DNA of 64,000 bases from Phoronis australis. Its lineage: Eukaryota > Animalia > Phoronida. Numbering within the stretch: position 1 is the stretch's first letter; every line of letters begins with the position of its first letter. Shown piece after piece: positions 13,701 through 25,700 of the stretch. The notes below the pieces were generated by a model that searched no databases, was not told the DNA's origin, and worked only from the letters and a program-made list of their open reading frames with translations. The position numbers and the translations under genes were made by a program. Where the stretch lies: positions 172,652 to 236,651 of the forward strand of contig NMRA01000455.1 in the NCBI GenBank assembly GCA_002633005.1. The letters are read 5' to 3'.

Positions 13701-16700
13701 TAGGTTCTCTTCACCAGTCTGAAATAGACAACAGGGGGCAGAGCAGTGGTCAGATTAGTCACACTTGACGACATTCATAATAAATAACTGTTGAGGTTGA
13801 GGACCACGACAAATAGTGAGACAGAGTTCAAGTTCTAGTGAACAGGCATGTCAACAGACAAGTACTAGATACTGACTGATTAACCCTTTAGTGCCCAAGC
13901 GCATCAGAGAGTGACAGCTAATAAACATGATTATAAGTAAACGTAATTGTGACATGACATTCTAGCATTGCTAATTTGATATTTTGTGAACTTTCGACCA
14001 TAGCAAATGGATATTTGTCGACAAAAATATTGTAGAAACATTGTTATTTATAAAAAAGTTGTCATCACTTGATACTTACAGAAAGAGAAAATTATTTCAA
14101 TATTAATTTTTCAAATTTTTCATTTTATTATCTTTAAAAAATATAATGGTTATAACTTATTAAATTCAAGTGTTAAATTAAGGATTTTGTGACCCTACCC
14201 TCATTCACTGACATTTGACCTTGTTAATCTGGACATTAAAAGGTCAACATCAGAAAGAGATCACTCACCACAAACTATTCGAAGGATAACACACCTTTTT
14301 AAAGAAGATTTGGTAGCCTTGGCAATTTATGGGAAAAGTATTCTGCCAAAAAGTTAAGAATTTGTGTCATCGTTTGACCATGCTTGCATAAAACATAAAC
14401 GATAGTTTCCAGGAAGATGAGACACAAAAACACAGGAAAGTTAAACTGATTAAAACAAGTCTATCTATTAGGTAACGTGATTGAGCTGTTAATACTTGGG
14501 TCTTTTCCGTGGAGGCTGAAATCTTTCCATGTCCGTGGCGTAATACAGTAACCTCTTAACAAGTCGTGTTGTCCGGGTAACGGCTGTCAAATCATCATCG
14601 TCATCACTCTCCTCAGCCCTATCATCATCTCCAGCTCCCACCAGGTGGCGTTTTAAAGACGAGTACACGCTCTCACACTGAAAGACAGAAAAAACAATTG
14701 ACAAACTGATGAGTGGGCAACCTGTTCCAAGCTCGCGAATAGAGCATGAGTGTGTCACTGCAACTCAAAACAGATCCTGGGAGCAACAAAATAACACAAA
14801 ACTATGTGGAATTCATTACGGCCATCACACAAGATTAGACTGAGAATTGCTTCTTAGGGTGGGTTGCATGGAAAAAAGAGGGGGACACTGAACCACGTGA
14901 CCACTTTTCTGTGGCCCAAACTGTCTACTCGACGCAATCTTCACATGACCACATTTACTTTCAAGGTAATAAACAATGTCAACAACGTGTCTGTCAAAAA
15001 AATATTTGATCTATATATTAGACAAGGCCATCGTAGTGATTTGAGATCCTCCACCCCATATGCAATTCCTCCGTCGTTCAGTCAGGCATTCAGAAGGTCT
15101 ACAGTCATGATGTGCATCAACAACTGGAATTCTCTTCCAGTCTCTGTTAAGGAAAGCAACTCTTTTACGAGTATAAAAAATAATTTTAGAACTGTTTTTC
15201 ATAATTTTGATAACTCAACACCCTTGACTCAATTCTCCCTTACCCGCGATAACGAAATAGCATTGTACAGATCAAGATGTGGCCTTTTCCTCAACTCTGA
15301 CAAGTTCAGGCACAACTTTAGTAATGTATCTCCAAACTGTAAATGTGGTGACCATCAATCTTATCCTCATATTTTCTTCAAATGTCCCCTCATCGAATCC
15401 CTGAGAGACTCACTCTTTCGTGCACTCAATGATAACCAATCAATTGTTAACGCTCTCAATTCTTGTAATAATATCCCTACTAGAGTTACATTATTACTGA
15501 ATGGTAGTCCTAACCTTGACTTTGTTCTCAACGAATTCCTCCTAAGCAACGTTAGCAAATTTTTATGTACCGTTTATCAATATTGTTGCATCTGATTTCC
15601 CTACATGAATCTGTAAATATTTTTGTTTTTATATATCTGTAATAGCATGCCTAAGTATTGGAATACTTATTTTAGATACTACTTAATTGTATATACCTCT
15701 ATGTATATAAGTTTCATTTATGAATTGTTTACAACCCAGATATAATGCTTCGCGGTTTCTGGGTTTGTTATTATTTCTTTGTATGTTCTGTGTATCCTTC
15801 AATAAATATATATCACAGTGAAAAAAAACACTTTTCTGGAGTCGAGACTTGACTAAAAATTAACCAATCACGCACACCAGGTGATCAGTCACTTTTCCAG
15901 TTGACTTTTGAGTTGGGTTAAATGACAAGAACTGGCAATTACAGTAATACAGTGAATTTCATTCATTTGGAAGCTAAAGAGATCTGTTTACATCTCTAGT
16001 TTTGAGCAATTGAATACATTTTTGAACATCTCCAATCAAGAAATCATCCCTACCTCCAGACCAACAAAAGCTCCATTGTGAGCTGGGGATATCTGTGGCA
16101 GAGGTTCAAACCACTCTGGAGAAGATCCCAACAGGTTCCGTAGGGTGTCGGCAGATGACACGGACACGGCGCCATGACAACGAGCAATAATCAGAGCCTG
16201 GAGATAACGTACAACGTAGAGATTAACATTCACAAGGTGGCAGTAGTGCAGGAAAGGCTCTATTTGTAGAAATGCAACATGTTGATGAACTTCTTTCTAC
16301 TATCAATCTTAGTATGCATCTGGTGAATATTGAGACTCCCAATAATGACACCAGGCAAGAGCTGCATAAAGGCTCAAAACCTAGTGAGTTTTGTTTTACA
16401 CTGTGGGAGAATGAAGGTGCATTTTATACCTCTACCTCTCCAGCCTAAACGGATTACATTTCTTCATATATGGCATGCACAGAGTTCAATATGTTTTGGC
16501 AGTTACAGAACATCACGCGCCTAAGGTCCTCACCCACCTGTAAAATGTCCGAACTTTGAGTAAAAGGTGGGTACCTATATCAGTGCTCGAAATACACAAA
16601 AATTCCAGTTCGAAAATACAAGTGGAAATATATTGATTCCTAGATTTGGGTCATAAAAATTATCACAAATTTCTGCTTCACGCCCATTCGAATAATACAA

Positions 16701-19700
16701 GTGAGGGTAATTTCCTACTCGTGTACTTTTTCTACTCATATTTTTGCACACACACTTGTTTATGTTAAGCCCTGCACATGGTCACAAAATGAAGAAATGT
16801 TCTTAGATTTTTCTAGTCACAAGTACTGGAAGACATTGGGAAGTGTTCAGCCATTAACAGACAATAACAAGAACATATCACAATTGCAGCAAAGGCACAT
16901 CTAATTTAAAAAAAAAAAAAAACGACCACAGTTATTCGTCACATGAAACCATGAATAATGCCAAAGAGGGGTAATTCTTCGTTATCTTTGAACAACATTG
17001 CCAAAACTGTCGTTTCCTATTTTCCATTTCATAAAATCGAATTTTACAAGTTAGTTTTATGACAGGTGCACAGTACAAACAACATTTTACAGAATGCGTA
17101 ATTTTTCGCATAAAGTATTGAATTTTTTCAAGAAATTTGACAAACTGAATTTCCGCTAGGCCACCATATTGTGTTCATAACAGCGGAAGGATTACAGCTT
17201 GAAAGATATTACTGTGTTTGAACCTTACCTCGGATGACCACCAACTGATGTCAGAAACAGTAGGCAACACACAGTACTCTGGAAATGAAGGCAAAACATA
17301 TTGAACACATAATAGACCATGGTTTATAATTATGATTGAACTTAACTGACAGAATGTCTGTGCCTTATTACTCATTTGTCATTGAGTATTGACCATTGAT
17401 AAAACTGGAGACTTTTTACAGTGCCTTAAGGTGAAATTGTTATTCTAACAGTCGAAAAATGTAATTTTGGGATAATAATGTCGAATGGAGTAAACTTTCT
17501 TATACGTTATTACCTTACAATACTGGGTCTACCCCAGGTATGAGTCCTTTCCAACTTTTCTCCCTTTTAACATCAACTGCTCATGTTTTGCACAGAAGAA
17601 ACTAACATGTTTGGGCTGACCCCTTACCTTTGACATGTTTTCGCTTCTTGGGATCCTCAGATATAACAGGGTTGTTGGATTCTACACCAGGCTGATGAAT
17701 ACAAAGACATACATGTAAGCTTTATGACAGGCTCGATGGTTTTCAGAGCAAGAGCTTAAGTCATAAGTCCAAAAATAACAAATAAATCTAACTTCACAAA
17801 GCAATAATTTGATGACAAATTCACAAGAATAATTTAATTAGTCTAAATCAAAAGACTTTTAGTGTAGATTTTTATTGCAGAAGGTGATTTGTAACAGCTG
17901 TAACATAAAATGTGACACTAAAAAAATGCCTAAATTTGGTTATCTTCAGAACATCATGTTTCAGAAATTGCTGCCCGGATTGATATGAAACATTAGGGAC
18001 TATCAAAAATTGAGATTTTCACGATTTTTAAGAAACTTTCCGACATAAGGATTCATGCACAATCAATGTTCTTTAAAACATAGGAATTGTTTTAGTTTAA
18101 AATGGTTCGCATTAGACCATTTAATGTATTTCCAAAAACAACCACAATTTAATGATTTCGAAAACATGTTACTTCTTTGTTAAAACTGGCATGCAGATTT
18201 AGTTCCAGCAATCCCTCAAAGTTTCTGACAGACTAAGTCTCATCACTACTATTTAACAACGCTACAAACTGCTCTTCTGTTAAAAAACTCTTGATTTAGA
18301 ACAATTAGTTCTAAAAGATGGTAAAAAACGTTAACTTACTTATTCAGATGAGAACTGAATTCTGGGATTGAAAATGTCTGGCAGTTCAATATTACTCAAG
18401 ACCATGAAATAAATTAACCCCTCCCCTTCCCTTCCCCCTGCTTTTTAGTAAAACATAACAAATCAATAACAAAACAACAGTATCAGTATCATGACCAGAT
18501 TTTGTTCGATATAAATGTTCAAGATGAAATCACAAAAGCGCTGTTACAGTTTTCTAAATCATAATTTCGTTTTCATTAAATACACTTTGCTTTCATTTTA
18601 TGGTAAATTTTGAGCTTTTTCATAAAATGCAACAAGCCCTATTTTTGATAGTCCCTCACGCAAAATTGGAAGCTGTTAAAAACAATTCCTAAAAGAGTTT
18701 TGGAGAACAATGCATTTAGCATGACATCTGAAAGTTTCGTATGAATTCAATTTGCCACTTCTGCCATAGAATGTTCCAAAGTTTGCCAAATTTGGCTGTT
18801 TTTCAAGGGTCCTACATCACCTGAACTGGCAATTAAAAACAAATTAAACAAGAGCAATTTAAAGTCACATCAGGATGTACCTGGTCACCTAGCTCCCATT
18901 CTCTCTTGTCTCTCAGTGATGGCACTTGCCACAGGGACAGACGGCCTGAGAAGTGGACGGCGGCTAGTGTCTGACCATCTGGCGATAGCGACATTTTGTA
19001 GACACCGTCCTATTTGGGTCAAAGGTAATAATAACAGTAGATTCAGTGATGGCATTTTTTGTTTATTCATGCCATGCAATTCTTAAAGCAAAAAATAAAT
19101 AAATATCAGTTCATAGGCGAATCCAGGACCCCCTTTTTTCCCTTTCTTTTAGTGATATCAAATCTAGAATTTTTAAATTATTGACTTGGACCACCCTTCT
19201 TAAAAAATCCTTGATCTTACCCCCTTTTAAAAAATCCTGGATCCGTCCTTGCATTTCCAATCCCAAGCAATCGCAAGTTGTCTCTCGGAGATAATAAAAA
19301 ATAAACAAAATTCAAAGCATTGTTATGTGGTCATAAAAAGACTTCTAAACATTAGCCTAAAACAATATAACAGAATAATAGTTGAAAATATTCTAAATCG
19401 CCATAATTGGTCATTTCTAACGAGGTAAATCAATCAATAAGTAGGGAGACAATGAATAACAGAATACAGTACAATGACACAATCTCAAATTAGTCAATAG
19501 AAAACAACTACACATTTCATTGTATTCAGTTTGTTTGTTGAGAGTGCTTTGTGGTAATGATAAGTGTTCAAGCTTACCTCCAGCTGATTACGCCAGTTTA
19601 GAATCCTGAACCGCCTGAAAAAGCTTTGTTTCTTCTCAGCCTGGAAGAGAGAAATACCACTTAATATAACATGTAAGTGCCACGTATAACGTGGACAATC

Positions 19701-22700
19701 TTCTTCCCCCATGGGTTCCATTCATACGTCATGAAGATTACATAGAGGAGAGGGAGGGAGTGAGAGAGGGGGAGGGAGAGAGGAGAGAGGGAGAGAGACG
19801 AAAAGAGAAAGAGNTCACATGCAAGCTTACTCATGCGTTTAGTCGCAAATTGAAAGAAATTTGGCCCCTGAGAAAAGAAAAATGTTTGTATAAGAGAATT
19901 ATGGTGGGTGAGAAAAGAAATATAGCTTGCACATTCGTGACAAGAGAATGCTGTGAATGAGAACATCTGAGTAGTTAGTGCACGGGGGAGATACACATCC
20001 CTGTATGTGGAGAGGTTTGAAACACAATTTTATTTAATCATATGGTAACACTTTTTTGGTTTAGGACGCAATACGAAGGAAAAGATCAATTTCATTTTGA
20101 TGATCAGGTTTCTAAACAAATAAAATTCACAAAATTCAGACAAAAATGATTGCACAAAATCATCTTTTTCCCTTTTCAACAACTTCTAACACTCTTACCT
20201 TGAATAACTACAATTTTTTCAAACTTTGTTTCATGGTAGTTGTGGAAGAGAACTTGAAGAGGGAATATCATTTAATTTCACGTTTCACGAAAAAATGATA
20301 AAATAAAGTTTCGCATGTTGGCCTTATTGAGTCCAACGTAGACACGACTTTAAAAGAACAAGAAAATTTGACTTGTTTATTGGTTTCGTACTTCGCAGCT
20401 AGCACCAAACATTTGGTACAATTTGACGAGTTGCAGATTGATGTGTATCCAGTCTTTGAAAAATGGCAACTGAAGTTGATCGTTCTTGTATTTGTGTCGT
20501 AAATTGTGATTTTTTTCGTGAAATAAATAATTGTGAACAAGCAGCATACCTGCAGCTTCTCGTCCTCCAGGCTCCACACCAGTTTGTAATACGGAGAGCC
20601 AGACAGACACCGCCATGCCGTGATGCCATGACTAGTCGCCGAGGAGACGCTCTGCTCGCCATGGGAAGTGGAGTTGCCGCCAACCATCAACAGGTTGTGC
20701 TGAGGTAGGTAGACGACACAGCTGACACCTTTTGGATAATGGGTGCCAAGGAAGAACTGATGTTCAAATCGGTATTCGCCAGTGTTACTGATGAAATAGA
20801 CAAACAGTTTGTAAGTAACAACTTAATAAAGAAAGGCACCAAAATATTATGTTGACATTGTTCTCAGTTTCAATAAACTCTGCTGATTGACTTGGAAAGT
20901 TGTGCCCGCAGACACAAACAAGGTAGATCAATCACTAAACACGGTCTTCTCTAAGCCAAACGCGGGTTAAGCACCAAACTCAAAAACTTGTACCCTGACT
21001 CTATGTCCATATACCCTGCTGGGCAGTCAGTGAGTTACGTTTATCAGTCAAGACTGTGTTTCTTTGGTGCAAAAAAGCTGTAGTTCGTGATTTCGGCGCC
21101 GTGTTTGGTGGTTGATGAGCCACAACTGTGAGTCAATAATACAGATACAACCAGACATGCGAACCATGTTCAAATGAAAAGAACTATGTTCAAGAGTGTA
21201 AGCAAAATCGTTTTCACTTTTTCAGACACTTAGTCTACTGTAATTCTTTAATGTCAAACGAGCAGCAAGGAGAGCAGTGCAGTTAATAATTAGTGAAGTT
21301 TCCAGAGCTTACAACCAGAAATGTCTACCTTATCAAATACTTCCTCAGAAAGCCTTGAAAGTTGACGACCAGCAACTCAAAATGCCTGTAAATGTAACGA
21401 CAACTATTAGGCAATACTAGGCAGACTGGTTATGACAGTACCAATTATGGGAGGGGGAGAAGTAATGATACACGCTCAGATATTTGTCTCAAATACAACC
21501 AGGATTTGGAATTTTTTGTGTAATCTGTACCCATTACAAAATTGCACAAACACATCACGTTGCAAAGGATTGTGGTATACCGGTCATCCAACACAGAATA
21601 AAACCAACCAATGAAAACGGAGCATACATTTCCAGCCAACAGGAGGTCGGGATGATCTATATTCCAAAAAAATGCAAACTGTATAAAGGACAATAAATAT
21701 TTAGCTTCTCCATTTAATGAGTCTAAGAGCCTTTACCAGTGTTCCTCTTGGTCCTTGTGATCTGTAAAAATGAGACCAGCCACTGCGCTGCTCAGGTCCG
21801 ATACATGTCTCACAGACTTGGATGTTTGCTACAAAGAGGTTGCATCTCGGTGAACAAACAAAGGTTGTGAAATAAACATGAAACATTTTAATCGGGAAAA
21901 TATTACATGGAAATGCAAATGCGTTCGTTAAATAAAATGGAAAATGAAAATTACAACATGAAATTATACAGCATACACTTCCTAATCTTATATGGTGTGT
22001 AGTTTCAATTTTTTAATGTACACCAATCTGACACTAATCAGGTCACGTGACCTTGGTTTTTAGGAAAATTTAACTAAAAAGAAAGGTGTATCGATTTCAT
22101 AGTACAACGAGATCAAAACATGACCAAATTTCATAGCATATAAATGTCATGTAAGTCCTATTTTTGATAGAAGCTCCACGTGCAAAAGTGGAACATTTTG
22201 AAAACAATTTCCTTACACCATTGGAGAACAGTGAATAAAGCAGAGTATGATTATTATTATTGTTATTGTTATTGTTATTGTTATTGTTATTGTTATTGTT
22301 ATTGTTATTAATGTAATATTTACAATGAGGGTAGTATCAGGAATTTTCACGTGAATCCGATCAGTCTTTTCTGACATACGATGTTGCAAAGTGGGCCAAA
22401 ATTGGACATTTTCATAATAGGGTCCTACATACCTAAACTGTCGCTGTTGGCAAAGACATAAAATTTACAGACACCAAACTCATCTCTAGAATTAAGCCAC
22501 AGTCTCCCTCATTTGAGTTTTCACAAGCAGAGTGAGCTTAATATTATGGGTACAGGAATCTTATGTACTTCGTAAGGGTATGCAGTAGTTTCACTGCTTT
22601 ATGGACCACTTAAAAGTGGTACATATCCAAGGACTCCTGGTTAGACACAGGGATTGAGAAGAACCTGGTAACAGTCAAAGGTCTGGCCTTAGAATCATAC

Positions 22701-25700
22701 CCATGCCCTGTACACTGGGCACACCAGCCACGTCATACTTACACTAGATATTTCAAGCAGCAGAACTCCCATAATGTCATACACCTGAACATTGCCGCGA
22801 CTGTCAGAGTAGGCAATCATTAAAGAGTCGGGGCTCCATTTCAACTTTCTCCACTGAGGATAGGGGTCCTTACCAACAGTGCATCGACACACGATTGTTG
22901 AGTACTCATCATGGGCAGAGCTAGAAATGTCAAAAGTGACATGAGTCAAGACTGGTGCGAAAGGCTAACTTATACTTAACACAAGTCTTCATACCTCATG
23001 AAGAGCAACAACCTTTAAGGCTCGAAAGCTAGCGTTTTTGATAGACACGTTTTACCGGATTTTCAAGTGTTTTACCTGTTTCTACATTTTGGAAATCATA
23101 AATAGTAAGACTTTCTAATCTCAAAAAACACTCTCTCATTAAGTCCAGTTTGAAAGCGTTTTGCATAAATTAGGCATGTCTCAAAAACATTTGCAAAAGA
23201 TGATTCGAACAGGAAATACTGAAGACACTCAATAGTTAATAGATAAATATATGAATTACATGTAAGTTACATACATGCACTCACGAGTTTATGGGTGGGA
23301 TACCCATTGCTAAGTCTGATTGGATTTCTGTGTTCGACCAGTGGTCCTGATGGCTCAGGGGCTAGAGCATGTGCGCAATTAGCAGAAGGTCCTGGGTTCG
23401 AGTCCCCGTCAGGGGCAGAAATGTTTTCAGATTTATGTTCATTAGGTCAAGTGATGTGGCCAACCAGTGACGTGCAGACCACACTTAAAATGCATTTCAT
23501 GTAACATTCAGTAGTTATACTTTTCAAAATATCACCTTTTATTCACGATTCAATTTTTAGTCATGTGTATTATGTATGCAGTTTTGCGCACAAAATAAAT
23601 TAACTTTCAATTGCCGCTCTAAAATACAGGTCTCATTTTATTTCTTACTGAGAATGTAAACAATATCAAGGAATTGAAAATAACAGACAAGTCCGTGTTA
23701 ATGAAATATATCCTCAATAAATTGGTTTCTCATGTTGTTAATGTCATTTATGAGGTGAAATCACTGAAGATCGATTCAAGTGATAGGGGATGGTCGATTT
23801 TCTTCCAGGAGCATAATTCTCTCCAATCCGAATAAGAAAGAAGTTGAAATTCCGTTTATTAGGTGGTGTAACTTAATGGTTGCTTGAAAATTTACAGCAA
23901 GGAAATTGAGGGCTTGTAATTTGCAGTGAACTGCTTTGCTGTGAGTTTAATATTTATTGTTGCCACAATACGACTTATAAAGACATTCACGACATAACAA
24001 GTCACGTCTGAATATAACTCACCGAATTTCAATACAGTTGTCCTGAAGCACTGCAACACATTCACCATTACTGAAAAAAGCAAGTGCATTATGCATTCAA
24101 CTAATTTCAAGTTGTCAAATGTACCCTTTATTAGCTAAAATAACAATAATAATGAATGAGTAAAGAAAGTAACATACAATACAGTTGACAACATGTACAG
24201 GGTGTCAATAAAATGAGAAAATGTACAAAAGGAAGGCTAACTACAAAATGTGGAATCACGATCCTACAGTTGCAGTGACATAATGAAGTGTTATGACACA
24301 GAAATTTCTTACAAGGATTTGTGGAGATCTTCAAAGGTGTCGTCAGCACTATATATAAAATAACCCTTCAAGAATTCCATAAAACAGGGGCCCGTCCCAA
24401 CATATTGAATACTCACAAGAGAAAGATACAAAGATCAAATGCTTTGGTTGTAATGCAACGTGATATCTCACAAATACTTGCAAGCTCTCGCTAACCTCCC
24501 AAGATACTAACCCGTATTACAATTGAAGCTTTGTAGTACTACAGATGCTCACATTCTGTTTTTCCCATTGAAAGCAATTTATTGTTTTACCTGGTGAAAA
24601 AGTCCTCACCTGCAGACCTCTAGTTGCCATGGTAGTTGTACATTGATCAGCTTGACAAGACCTGATGCTAGGGTGCATGGACTCTCAATCCTGTTATTGC
24701 AAAAGCGAAATGTTAACATAGTCAAGAGAGACACAGTATGCTCATTCAATGAAAAGCAATACCAAAGTTAACACTGTTCATGCGATTTTTTTCTAGTGAG
24801 CATATAACAGAGTTGAAAATTGGATGTTTTTTGGTAAATTTCTTTACAAAACCAAAGTTCAAGACAAATATTATACTTAATACATTATTAGCTTGCTGGC
24901 CAGCAAAACTGCATCACAATTTTGTTGTTGTGATATAATATTGTCAATTTCCATTAAGAAGGCAGAAAATAGAAAATCGCAATTTAGCAATGAAATTCTG
25001 TGTTTAGCAACCATTCAGTATACCTGTCGCATCTGTTTTCAGTTAAATGGACTTATGTAAAAAACGTGTGAACTGCACCATATCCAGTGGCACGAAAATA
25101 ATCCAATCGGCTGACAGCTAACATTTATCAAACGATTCAGCGACAAACAGAACATTATCATTTAACACAAGAGTGAAAAACAAAACCAAGGAAACCAAAA
25201 ACTAAATTATTACACAGTCTTCAACAGAAACATAGATACATACCTGGCTGAAATTCCCAGACTTCTTAAGAACGTCCAAATTGAACCTAGAAAAATCTTT
25301 AAATTATTACATTTGACAACAACTGAATATATCGCACAGACCACACCACAGTTGGTATGCACTGTCGGTAGGTAGCATTAAACTTGAAAGTAGCCAGGAA
25401 GTCAGTGTATGAAGCACTTGTCAGTCCTCATCAGCAGATCTGAGTGCCATTTATAGTTCAATAAATAAAATGCTGTCCACACACAGCACACGTTACTCCT
25501 GGAACGAGTTGTCGCTAAGTTTGGGGGCTGCCTGGACGCTATTTAAATTGTGCAACTTGCCCCTCTTATGACAACCTACTCCACCTTATCCCAGTAGGGC
25601 AACTTGTTCTAGGGCAACTTGTGCCACTTCAAATTACTGTGTGGCCACAAATCTCGGACAATTATCAGTTTACATACAGCTGGGTCTTTTTTGTGCACTG

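Noticed and set aside
14700-14760. CTGATGA plus 6-bp stem plus GAA hammerhead-like match
   Set aside because: GAAT instead of GAAA, no stem III or UH site; likely chance
23343-23416. Functional tRNA gene
   Set aside because: Mismatches in acceptor, anticodon and T stems, no U33; better explained as a SINE head or pseudogene
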